From an uncultured Chloroflexia bacterium (GTDB taxonomy: Bacteria > Chloroflexota > Limnocylindria > Limnocylindrales > CSP1-4), in contig CAVYIM010000004.1 in NCBI GenBank assembly GCA_963768655.1, positions 576,001 to 640,000 of the forward strand: a DNA stretch of 64,000 bases, read 5' to 3'. The notes beneath the pieces were generated by a model. The model did not search any database and was not told where the DNA came from. It was given only the letters and a program-made list of their open reading frames with translations. Below, one piece after another: positions 53,895 through 62,787 of the stretch (its first letter is position 1; each line of letters opens with the position of its first letter). The position numbers were made by a program, and so were the translations under genes.

Positions 53895-56789
53895 ATGTCC
53901 GGTCTCGGCGCTACCAGCGTGGCCCTCGGCCCGACGGTCGGACCCATCCAGAGCGGCATCGTCTCTGGATCCTCCCCGTCCGACGACCAGAGCTTCGGCG
54001 ACGTCTTCGAGGAGGCAAGGGCGTCGAGCGGCGCCGGCGTGCCGTGTCAGCCGACCTCCGGGTCCGACACCGGCATGGCCGGCCCCACGTCCGCGACCCG
54101 ATCCGATACCACTGCCAGGCCTGAGCCGGGGGCCGGACAGGTCGATGACCAGGCCCCCCTCTGGCAACCCCGAACATCGACGCGCGTCGGCACGGCCGAC
54201 AGTCCGGACACGGACGAGGCGCCACCGACTCCCCGCCCGGTCTTGGGTTCGCCCGAGCGCCGAGGCCTCGGCAGGAGCCCCAGGGTCCGGGCGGGGGAAA
54301 CCGGGTCGACCCGCGCCTCGACGCGCTCCGACTCGACCCCGGCAGCCCTGACTCCGACAGCCACGCCCGATTCCGGCGGCGCCGATCCGCTAACCGTCGA
54401 TGTGGCCGTGGTTTCGGCCGCGCCTCAGCCTGCGGCCCAGACCGAAGGCTCCGCGAGCGGCACCGCCGCGGCCTCGGCTGGTCAGTCCGAATCCGTCGAC
54501 GCGATCGGAGCCGTGAGCCAGGCTACGGTCGCCGCGGTCCTGGTCGCGGTCGAGGGCGCCGCGATGTCCGTTCCGGCGGGCGCCTCGGCACCGGTCGCGG
54601 CCGCGTCAGGTCAGGCCGCGGCAGCAGCCGCGACGATCGGGACGATGCAAACACCGGGCCAGGTCACGCGGCAGACCCGCGTGCTGGGCGGCTCGGCAAC
54701 GACGGCAGGCCCTGCCGATGGTCGGTCCGCCGGCCAGGATGGCCGCCCTTTCGTGGCGGTGGCAGGCCCGACGGCCTCGGCCGCGGCCAGCCCCGGGGCG
54801 GCAACACAATTCGCGGCCGGCGCGGCTACCGGCGCGCCCTCCGGCGCGGCGGTCCAATCATCGGAGTGGGGAGCCTCTGAGGCCTTGCCGGCATTCGACG
54901 GTGCGCAGGATCCGGGACGCGTCTCGCGGATGCCTCTCGCCGCCTCGGTCGTCTCGTCGGCGGCCACCGCGCGGCAGGCGGATGGAATCTCCGCTGCAAC
55001 CGCGCCGACCTCGTCCGCGGCCGCCGTCACGACGGCCGCCCCCGCAGCGACCGCTGCCGCGACGACGGCCGGAGCCCCTGCAATGACCGGCCGCGCACCA
55101 ATTCGCGGAGCTGCGCCCTCGCCGGCACCGGTTTCCGCGGCTCCCGTCCCCGCAGACAGCTCCATTGCCGGCTCAATGATCGGGCAAACGATTGCGTCAG
55201 CACCGGAGTCCGGCGCCGGTCTGGATCCGGCCGCGGCCGGGCCCGCACGGCCCGGCGATTCACCTGCCGGCTCGACCGTCGCCACGGTCGCCGCGTCGTC
55301 GGGGCCGGCCGCCCCAGCCTCTCAGCCGCTCGCACAACTGGGCCAGACCGTCGGGGCAGACTCGACTGGGGACGGCCAGGCTGAAGTCGGGCCCGGCGCC
55401 ACGTCGCCGGTCCCCGTCTGGGCCGAAGCGGCGCGGCTTGCCGGGCCGTCCCAGATGGCCGCCGCCGCGCCAGCTTCTGCCGCGGCGACCACCACCACGG
55501 CGGCCGCCGCCACGACTACGGCCGCGCCGGTTCCTGCCTTCGACGCGGCCTCCGCCGCCCCGGCGCTGCGGGCTGCGACGGAGCCGGCATCCCGCGGCGG
55601 CGCCTCCGCGGCCGCCGCCACGACGGCCGCCCCCGCGGGAGCGTCCATCCGGGCGAGCGCCCCAGCCGGAACGGGGAGCGATCCCGCGGCCGCCTCGTCC
55701 GCAGCCGCCACCGCGGTGGCTCCGGCGCCCCAGGATGAAACGGCCGCCGCCTCGGCTGCCGCTGCCGTGGCTGCGCCGGCCGTCGCCTCGGCCCAAACTG
55801 CCGGTGCCGCGCGCCTGGTCCCCGTGCCGGCGGGCAAGCAATCCGCAGGCCCGGGATTCACCGGCGTCCGGCATGAAGCCCCGAACCCGAGCGCCGGCGG
55901 AGCGGGGCCGGTCCGCGCCGTGGGCGGGCCGTCAGCTTCGGGTCGCGGCGCCGGGGACACATCGGGTTCGGCATCGCGGGCTCCCGCGAGTTCCGGAGCC
56001 GCCGCGGGAGACGACGGCCACGCTGCCGCCTCCACGGCCCAGGCGCCGTCGGCATCGGCCGCGACGCAGGCGCCGTCCACGGTCCAGACGGCGGCGGCCC
56101 AGTCGATCGCGGCGGCCTCGGCCGCGTCCGCCCTGGGGGTCTCGGCCGCCACGCTCCCCGCCCATGCGGCCGAATCGGTCTCTGCGTCCCCAGCGACCGC
56201 CGACCTGGCGTCATCGGCAGACAAGTTGATGAGCCAGGTCGTCCAGACCATTCACACCTACCAGACATCGGGCGGGCCCGCCGTCGAGGCTCGAGTCAGC
56301 GACCCGAACCTGGGCGACGTGAGGCTCGTCGTGACCGGCCGGGCGGGCGAGATCGTGCAGGCCCAGCTGGTCGTCAAGGATCGCGCGTCGGCCGACGCGC
56401 TCACCACGGCCGCGGCCCGAGTTCGCGCCACCAGCGATGCCCTGGAGGGCGTCAACGTCACGGTCCGCAGCGAGACCGGCAGCAGCTGGACCGCCGGCGG
56501 GCGGAGCGGCAGCGCCGACGCCGAAGCCTGGATGGCCGGTGGCTGGGGCAACGGATCCGGCTCGAATCCCGGAAGCGGGCATGGCAGCCAGGGCGCCGCC
56601 GCCGGAGCCAGCTCCGGGCCCGGCTCGGGCAACGGGAGTGGCTCCGGAATGGGCACTCCATCCGACGGCTCACGGGGCTCGAGTCGGCCGGCCGCCTCGC
56701 CTTTCGATCAGTCGACCTCCACGAACGCAGGCCGTCCCCGGCCGAGATTGCCGCTCTCCAGCGGCTCGTCAATCGACATCCGAGCCTGA
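53895..56789 (+). CDS. fliK: Hook-length control protein FliK-like, 964 aa
   Basis: Ala/Pro/Ser/Thr-rich ruler, DPNLGDVRLVV C-terminal domain, IDIRA end, upstream of flgD. Confidence 0.78.
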   Translation: MSGLGATSVALGPTVGPIQSGIVSGSSPSDDQSFGDVFEEARASSGAGVPCQPTSGSDTGMAGPTSATRSDTTARPEPGAGQVDDQAPLWQPRTSTRVGTADSPDTDEAPPTPRPVLGSPERRGLGRSPRVRAGETGSTRASTRSDSTPAALTPTATPDSGGADPLTVDVAVVSAAPQPAAQTEGSASGTAAASAGQSESVDAIGAVSQATVAAVLVAVEGAAMSVPAGASAPVAAASGQAAAAAATIGTMQTPGQVTRQTRVLGGSATTAGPADGRSAGQDGRPFVAVAGPTASAAASPGAATQFAAGAATGAPSGAAVQSSEWGASEALPAFDGAQDPGRVSRMPLAASVVSSAATARQADGISAATAPTSSAAAVTTAAPAATAAATTAGAPAMTGRAPIRGAAPSPAPVSAAPVPADSSIAGSMIGQTIASAPESGAGLDPAAAGPARPGDSPAGSTVATVAASSGPAAPASQPLAQLGQTVGADSTGDGQAEVGPGATSPVPVWAEAARLAGPSQMAAAAPASAAATTTTAAAATTTAAPVPAFDAASAAPALRAATEPASRGGASAAAATTAAPAGASIRASAPAGTGSDPAAASSAAATAVAPAPQDETAAASAAAAVAAPAVASAQTAGAARLVPVPAGKQSAGPGFTGVRHEAPNPSAGGAGPVRAVGGPSASGRGAGDTSGSASRAPASSGAAAGDDGHAAASTAQAPSASAATQAPSTVQTAAAQSIAAASAASALGVSAATLPAHAAESVSASPATADLASSADKLMSQVVQTIHTYQTSGGPAVEARVSDPNLGDVRLVVTGRAGEIVQAQLVVKDRASADALTTAAARVRATSDALEGVNVTVRSETGSSWTAGGRSGSADAEAWMAGGWGNGSGSNPGSGHGSQGAAAGASSGPGSGNGSGSGMGTPSDGSRGSSRPAASPFDQSTSTNAGRPRPRLPLSSGSSIDIRA

Positions 56790-56799
56790 AGGAGCAGAC

Positions 56800-57312
56800 A
56801 TGTCAATCGATCCCACGCAGCTCTTCTCGAACGCGTACATGCCCGCCGCTTCGGCCAACGATTCCTCCGCGACCGTGACGGACTCCGGTGGCGTAGACAC
56901 GCTAGACACAACCGGCAGCGACGCGACTGACGGCCTGACAACCGATGACTTCATGAACATGTTCCTGGCTCAGCTGCAGAACCAGGATCCGACGCAACCG
57001 ATGGATGACTCGACGATGCTGACTCAGCTGTCGCAGATGTCGATGCTCCAGACCTTCCAGGATCTCGATAAGTCGCTGGCAGGGACGCAGCTCGCCGAGT
57101 CGTCCGCGCTCATCGGCAAGAACGTCACGGGCATGGACGTCAACGGCTCACCGGTCAACGGCGTAGTCACCTCGGTGACGCAATCCACCGACGCCGGGCT
57201 CGTCCTCCAGGTCGGAAGCCAGTACGTCACGCCCGCGAACGTCACTGTCGTGACCGCCGACAGCTCCACGACCGGCACTACGACCGGCACGACCACCAGC
57301 TCCACAACCTAG
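56800..57312 (+). CDS. flgD: Hook cap FlgD
   Basis: DDFMNMFLAQLQNQDPTQPMD, ALIGKNV. Confidence 0.95.
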   Translation: MSIDPTQLFSNAYMPAASANDSSATVTDSGGVDTLDTTGSDATDGLTTDDFMNMFLAQLQNQDPTQPMDDSTMLTQLSQMSMLQTFQDLDKSLAGTQLAESSALIGKNVTGMDVNGSPVNGVVTSVTQSTDAGLVLQVGSQYVTPANVTVVTADSSTTGTTTGTTTSSTT

Positions 57313-57349
57313 CGGATGGCCGGCGCAGCCGGACCAGGCAACAAGGGAG

Positions 57350-57778
57350 GTGATCGCAACGATCGATCGCATCGGACCCGACCTGACGTCGCTGAGCGGA
57401 GGTCTCATCAGGGACCCGAGCCAGACCACCAGCTCGAGCCCAGTCGGACAGCCCACTTCGGAGGCGCCGCCGTCAGCCGGCAGCCAGTCCTTCCGAGACG
57501 CGCTGACCGCAGCCGCGGATGACCACTCGCTCCAGCTCTCGGAGCACGCCATGAAGCGCGTCGAACAGCGTCAGATCCCCCTCCAGGGAGATCAGCTGGA
57601 TCGGCTGCAGAAGGCCATGGACACCCTGAGCCAGCGGGGCAGCCGCCAGTCGCTGGTGATGCTCGACCAGTACGCCTACGTCGTCCACGTACCAAGCCAC
57701 ACCGTCGTCACGGCCGTTGAGCCGAATGAAAGCAAGGAGCGCGTCTTCACCCAGATAGACAGCGTCGTCATCGCCTGA
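57350..57778 (+). CDS. Flagellar operon protein, TIGR02530-like
   Basis: LSEHAMKRVEQRQI, SLV, TVVTA, VFTQIDSVV. Lies between flgD and flgE. Confidence 0.88.
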   Translation: MIATIDRIGPDLTSLSGGLIRDPSQTTSSSPVGQPTSEAPPSAGSQSFRDALTAAADDHSLQLSEHAMKRVEQRQIPLQGDQLDRLQKAMDTLSQRGSRQSLVMLDQYAYVVHVPSHTVVTAVEPNESKERVFTQIDSVVIA

Positions 57779-57846
57779 CGGTCTCGTCCGACCCGAGGGT
57801 TCGAGTCGGGAGCTCGAAAATCGTCCGCCGCGTGTGCCAGGTCGAT

Positions 57847-57930
57847 AGCCGGACCTCTCTGAGGAAGCTGGCCTGGCCGCGGACGCCAACTCGCGTCGCG
57901 CAAGGAGCGTGGACGCCAGCTTCCAGGAGG
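57847..57930 (+). promoter_or_regulatory. Structured GGA-rich leader of flgE
   Basis: ggaagctggc/gccagcttcc 10-bp stem abutting the SD aggagg, with an internal cgcgc-aagga-gcgtg hairpin. Confidence 0.55.
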
Positions 57931-57936
57931 CATCAC

Positions 57937-59184
57937 GTGCTTCGGTCAATGTTCGCGGCCATCTCTGGTCTGCACGGCAACCAGACCATGATGGACGTCA
58001 TCGGCAACAACATCGCCAACGTCAACACCGTCGGCTACAAGTCCGGTCGCGTCAACTTCCAGGACATCATGTCCCAGACACTCCACGGCGCCACGGCCCC
58101 GGCAAACGGCCTGGGCAGCATCGACCCCGCCCAGATCGGGCTCGGCATGACGGTCGCCGGTATCGACGTTCTGCAGACGCAGGGCAACCTGCAGTCGACC
58201 GGCAAGACGACTGACATGGCGATCCAGGGCGACGGCTTCTTCGCCGAGTCGGACGGCTCGACCACCTACTACACCCGCGACGGCGCCTTCGACATCGCCC
58301 TCGACGGCTCCCTGGCCAACCCGGCCAGCGGGTTGAAGGTCCAGGGCTGGCAGGCCGATTCTGACGGCAAGATCGACGAGACCCAGCCGCTCACCAACAT
58401 CACCATTCCGATCGGCCAGCGCACCACCGCTCTGGCTACCTCGTCCGTGACCCTGAGTGGCAACCTGGACGCGGGCGCGGCGACCGCTACGGCGGCGCCG
58501 ACGACCATGACGATATACGACAGCCTGGGCGTATCCCATTCGGTCAAGGTCACCTTCACCAAGACAGCCGCCAACCAGTGGAGCTGGGCGGCGACCGCGG
58601 ACGCGACCGACACGGGCATCACGATCACCCCCGTGGCGGGCCCGCCTCCCGTGAACGAAGGCACGCTCACCTTCACCTCTTCGGGCGTCGTGTCGGCCTC
58701 GACGGGGTCTTTGAGCTTCACCTTCCCAGACGGCGCCAAGGCGACTACTCCGGCCATCGACCTCACGCAGATGACCCAGTTCAGCGGCACCAGCCAGCCC
58801 TCCGGCCAGGCCGACGGCTTCACGTCGGGCACGCTGACGACCTTCGCCGTCGGCGACGCCGGTGAGATCTCCGGTGTCTATTCGAACGGCCAGACCCAGG
58901 TCCTGGGTCAGATCGCCCTCGCGGACTTCCTGAACCCGGATGGTCTGCTGCGAGCAGGCCAGAACAACTTCACCTCAACGTCCGCGTCCGGCGCCGCCAA
59001 CATCGGCGTCGCGGGCACGGGCGGCCGCGGCACCGTTACGACGGGCGCGCTGGAGATGTCCAACGTCGACCTCGCCACCGAGTTCACGGGGATGATCACG
59101 GCCGAGCGTGGCTTCCAGGCCAACAGCCGCGTTATCACCACCTCCGACCAGATGCTCCAGGAGCTCGTGAACCTGAAGCAGTAG
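57937..59184 (+). CDS. flgE: Hook protein FlgE
   Basis: GTG start then LRSMFAAISGL; GNNIANVNTVGYK, YTRDGAF, LEMSNVDL, RGFQANSR. Confidence 0.97.
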   Translation: MLRSMFAAISGLHGNQTMMDVIGNNIANVNTVGYKSGRVNFQDIMSQTLHGATAPANGLGSIDPAQIGLGMTVAGIDVLQTQGNLQSTGKTTDMAIQGDGFFAESDGSTTYYTRDGAFDIALDGSLANPASGLKVQGWQADSDGKIDETQPLTNITIPIGQRTTALATSSVTLSGNLDAGAATATAAPTTMTIYDSLGVSHSVKVTFTKTAANQWSWAATADATDTGITITPVAGPPPVNEGTLTFTSSGVVSASTGSLSFTFPDGAKATTPAIDLTQMTQFSGTSQPSGQADGFTSGTLTTFAVGDAGEISGVYSNGQTQVLGQIALADFLNPDGLLRAGQNNFTSTSASGAANIGVAGTGGRGTVTTGALEMSNVDLATEFTGMITAERGFQANSRVITTSDQMLQELVNLKQ

Positions 59185-59230
59185 CAGCCTCTTCGATAGC
59201 CCGCGAACGGGGCTGAGTTCGCGACACCAG

Positions 59231-59271
59231 GCGGCCGGGCCGGTCCAGCAGCCCGCCCGGCCGCTTCTCTT
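59231..59271 (+). terminator. Probable terminator after flgE
   Basis: gcggccgggc...gcccggccgc followed by ttctctt. Confidence 0.55.
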
Positions 59272-59326
59272 CCGAAGGTTCGAACCGACACCTATGGATG
59301 GACTCGGATAGCTCGGGGATGCGCGC

Positions 59327-60502
59327 GTGAAGATCGCAAAGGCAATCGCAACCAGTGGCGCCCTGGCTCCGCTGCTTCTGGCGGGGCTGACAGGACCGGT
59401 GCTGGCCAACGGAGTTGGCGACCTGTACATCGCCAGCCCGGCGGGCGTGCTGGAGGTCAGGGTCTCCACTTCGACCATCGTCAGCACGACCAGCGTGCTC
59501 CCATCGCCGCAATCGCTGGCCTTCACCCCCGACGGCAAGACCCTCTACGTCGGCAGTGGCGGCGCCCACATCACACCCATCGACATCGTGACGCTGACAG
59601 TCGGCGACGCCATCTCGACGCCCGGCCCGGTGACCGCGCTGGCCTTCCCGGCCGGCGAGATCCTCGTCGGAGCGATGCCCCTCCGGCGGACGCTGGCTTT
59701 CATCACCGTCCACGACAACAGCGTGGTCGAGAGCGCGGAGCTCCCCGGCCCCGGCAACCTGCTTGCGGGCGATCGACGCGACCCGAGAGTGGCCGTCGCC
59801 GACGCCGGCGACACCTGGCTCGACGTCGTGGATCCGGCGACCTCCACCGCCACTAAGACGACCGTTGCGGGCGCGATCCAGGCCCTGGCGATCGATCGTC
59901 AGAACGGCGGCGTCCTGGTAGCCACGGCCAACCCGAACGCCCTGATTCGGGTCGATCTCACGACGCTGACCGCAACCTGGACGGTGCCGCTCCCCGCCCC
60001 GCCTACGGCCGTGGCGGCACTCGCGTCGACGGCCATCGTAGCCATCGGCTCCGACCTGTGGTCGGTCAGCCCGACCAGGGCGACCAAGTGGGCCACGGCC
60101 CGCGGTGCCGTCGTATCGATGGCGGCCAGCGACGAGGGGGCCTTCCTGCACGTCGCCGAGTCCGGGACCGTCGAGGTCTTCGACGCCATGGGCACGCTGC
60201 AACGGACCCTCGAGCTGGGCGTGGGGCGCGACCCGCTCGCCCTGGCCGCGGTTCCGGCCGGCTCGTCGCTCTATCTTGGCAACGGCGCCCCGCAGCCTTC
60301 CGCCACTGCGGCCGCAACGCCCGGAACGCCGGCCGCGCTCGTGACCCAGAAGCCACCGCCAACAGGTACGTTCGTGGATACGGCCAAGGACGTCGTCAAC
60401 TACCCGCCCTTCCAGGGCGCGACGGCCGTGGCGGTGGTGATCCTGATCTGCTACTGGCTGATCGTGCGCTGGTACGACAAGCGAGTCGGGCAGAGCCGCT
60501 GA
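59327..60502 (+). CDS. Exported YncE-like beta-propeller with a C-terminal TM anchor
   Basis: Signal peptide ending PVLA, PQSLAFTPDGKTLYV blade, C-terminal PPPTG, hydrophobic helix and basic tail. Confidence 0.75.
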   Translation: MKIAKAIATSGALAPLLLAGLTGPVLANGVGDLYIASPAGVLEVRVSTSTIVSTTSVLPSPQSLAFTPDGKTLYVGSGGAHITPIDIVTLTVGDAISTPGPVTALAFPAGEILVGAMPLRRTLAFITVHDNSVVESAELPGPGNLLAGDRRDPRVAVADAGDTWLDVVDPATSTATKTTVAGAIQALAIDRQNGGVLVATANPNALIRVDLTTLTATWTVPLPAPPTAVAALASTAIVAIGSDLWSVSPTRATKWATARGAVVSMAASDEGAFLHVAESGTVEVFDAMGTLQRTLELGVGRDPLALAAVPAGSSLYLGNGAPQPSATAAATPGTPAALVTQKPPPTGTFVDTAKDVVNYPPFQGATAVAVVILICYWLIVRWYDKRVGQSR

Positions 60503-60797
60503 GCAACTCGCCGCGCCGCCGGCTGCCACCTTCCCGCGCCGCGACGAGGCGCGGCTCTCGCCGGCGACCCCTTCTCGCTGGCGTCGGGTAGCCGTCTTCA
60601 GCCACCGGCCGCCCATCGACGGCCGAATGCGCACGCCTGAGCGCCCACGGATCGCCTCGCATGGGCCACCGGGTCGCGCGGCAATCTCACATGCGTAGAG
60701 CGCAATTCCGGGCCGCCACGCTGCTGCCACTGGGTCGCACAGGGGGGCAAGGACCGCCCCAGGTTGCAGCCGCGCCCGGCCGAACGCCTCGAAGGTG

Positions 60798-61678
60798 TCA
60801 GACTGCCTGGACGTCGAAGATGGACAGCAGTTCCTGGAACTGGTCGCGGACTGTGGCCGCCCGCTCGTCCCAGCGCTCGCGGCTGATTCCGAGCGCCGCC
60901 AGGACGCCGTCGCCTTCCATCTGCCGGTCGGTCGCGTCCACGACCGCCGGGTAGCTGATCTCGCGCACGAGGACGTCGGCCGCGGCGACGAGGGCGCCCA
61001 GCGAACCCGGGCTCGGCACGTGATGGTCCCACAGGACCCGGGCGATGACCGGCGGGAATTCCATTCGTAGGCAAAGACGGCGCCGACATCCTGGTGGGTG
61101 GTACCGGCAAGCTCGATCTCCATCTCCAGCTGGCCTGCCGCGTTGCGGGCGTCGTGGGCGTGCGGGTCGAGCAGGTAGCTCGCGTATCGCTCCCCGACGT
61201 CGTCGAGCAGATAGACGTGGCCGAGGTCGTGGAGCAGGCCGGCCGCGAAGGCGGTATCCGGATCGGCGGCCCGGGACATCTGCGCCAGGATCTTGCCGAC
61301 GACGGCGCTGCGAACGGCGTCGCCCGTGAGTCGGGCCGCGGCCAGGGCCTCGCGCGGGCTCCGGTTGCCGGCACGGCGCGAAACGATCAGTGAAGTCAGA
61401 ACCAGCTGCCGCAGGACCGTGTCGCCGAGCAGCGCCACCGCCCGCGAGAGAGTGGTCACCGGTTCCGCGGGAGCGTAGAAGGCCGAGTTGGCCATGCGCA
61501 GTACCCGGGCCGCCAGGGCGGGCGAGCCGTCGATCAGCTTGGCGAGCTGGCGAGCGTTCGAATCGCCCTGCCGCAGCTGCTGCTCCAGTCGAAGCAGGCT
61601 GGCGGACGGGCTGATCGCGTGCGCGTGCTGAACGATCTGGCGCGCCCGGTCGAGAGTGGTGCTGGTGAGAACTTCCAC
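60798..61678 (-). pseudogene. HDOD-domain signalling protein, frameshifted near 61057 (possibly a sequencing error)
   Basis: PALAARVLRMANSAFY, AGLLHDLG, THQDVG. One added T restores EWNFPPVIARVLWDHH. Confidence 0.85.
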
Positions 61679-61685
61679 GAGAAAG

Positions 61686-61712
61686 GTGTCGGCGTGGAGG
61701 CCGCCGGCTTGA
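61686..61712 (-). promoter_or_regulatory. Sigma28-like promoter of the HDOD gene, leaderless
   Basis: TCAA-N15-GCCGACAC, then 7 nt, then an in-frame GTG. Confidence 0.75.
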
Positions 61713-61848
61713 ACGATCCAAATGGCCCGAAGCGGAGTCTGGAGAGGTGGATGACTCGAAACGCCCGCGTCCTCCGACTGAGACGGAGGGCGCATCGCGT
61801 GGTTATCATGGGCGCTCAACTCCAGTTTGAGGGAGGCAATCCGAGCTC

Positions 61849-62787
61849 ATGGCTCTGATCGAGACTGCGAGTCTCACGAAGGAGTACGGGTCGGTCAAAG
61901 CGCTTGACCGCCTGGACCTTGCCGTGGAACCCGGGATCATCGGTCTGGTCGGGGCCAACGGTGCCGGCAAGAGCACGCTCATCAAGATCCTGCTCGGCCT
62001 GGTCCCGCCCTCGAGCGGGCGTGCCTCCGTCTTCGGGCTCGACGTCGTGGCCGAGACGCACGACATCCGCAAGGTCGTGGGCTACATGCCCGAGCACGAC
62101 TGCCTGCCGCCCGACGTCGGCGCCACCGAGTTTGTCACCCACATGGCCCGGATCTCCGGCCTGCCCCGAACCGCCGCCCGTGAACGGACTGCCGAGGTGC
62201 TGCGGCACGTCGGGCTATACGAGGAGCGCTACCGCCAGATCGGCGGCTACTCGACGGGCATGAAACAGCGGGTCAAGCTGGCTCAGGCTCTCGCCCACGA
62301 CCCCAAGCTGCTGCTCCTGGACGAGCCGACGAACGGCCTGGACCCCACCGGTCGCGACGAGATGCTGGATCTGATCAAGCGCACCGGTACCGACTTCGGC
62401 ATCTCGGTCGTGGTGGCTTCGCACCTTCTGGGCGAGATCGAGCAGGTCTGCACGTTCCTGCTCGCGATCGACGCCGGCCATCTCCTCAAGGCCGCACCGA
62501 TATCGACTTTTACCCAGCGGACGCCGGTCGTGGCCGTCGAGGTGGAAGAAGGCGCGGACCGGTTGACGTCGGCACTGATCGGACGCGGCTTCAAGGCCAG
62601 GCAGGAAGAGCAGTGCGTTCTGCTCGTCCTGGAGAGCGAAGCCCTCTACGACGCGGTCCGCGACACAGTCGCCGATCTGGGCCTGCCGCTTGTCCGGGTC
62701 CAGCAGGAGCGGCGCCGGCTCGAGGACATCTTCCGCGAGCCCGAGTTCGAACGAGAGCCGCAGCCGGCCGCCGGAGGTGTCCAGTGA
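61849..62787 (+). CDS. ABC transporter ATP-binding protein
   Basis: GANGAGKS, YSTGMKQR, LLLLDEPT, SHLL. Confidence 0.95.
   Translation: MALIETASLTKEYGSVKALDRLDLAVEPGIIGLVGANGAGKSTLIKILLGLVPPSSGRASVFGLDVVAETHDIRKVVGYMPEHDCLPPDVGATEFVTHMARISGLPRTAARERTAEVLRHVGLYEERYRQIGGYSTGMKQRVKLAQALAHDPKLLLLDEPTNGLDPTGRDEMLDLIKRTGTDFGISVVVASHLLGEIEQVCTFLLAIDAGHLLKAAPISTFTQRTPVVAVEVEEGADRLTSALIGRGFKARQEEQCVLLVLESEALYDAVRDTVADLGLPLVRVQQERRRLEDIFREPEFEREPQPAAGGVQ

Noticed and set aside
454-57936. Extended N-termini given by the ORF track for motB, fliL, fliR, csrA, fliS, fdtB, ACP, cheW, cheD, fliI, fliJ, M23/SLT, flgD and flgE
   Set aside because: Downstream starts have an RBS or stop/start overlaps and match family N-termini.
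59265-59294. Sigma28 promoter for the beta-propeller gene (ACCGACACCTA at 59284)
   Set aside because: Good -10 box, but the -35 position reads ttct rather than TCAA.
60503-60797. ncRNA or small ORF in the convergent gap after the beta-propeller gene
   Set aside because: No recognisable motif, RBS or strong structure by eye.
59135-61819. 894-aa minus-strand ORF as one giant protein
   Set aside because: It is the HDOD N-terminus running out of frame after the break near 61057, then continuing antisense to the beta-propeller gene.
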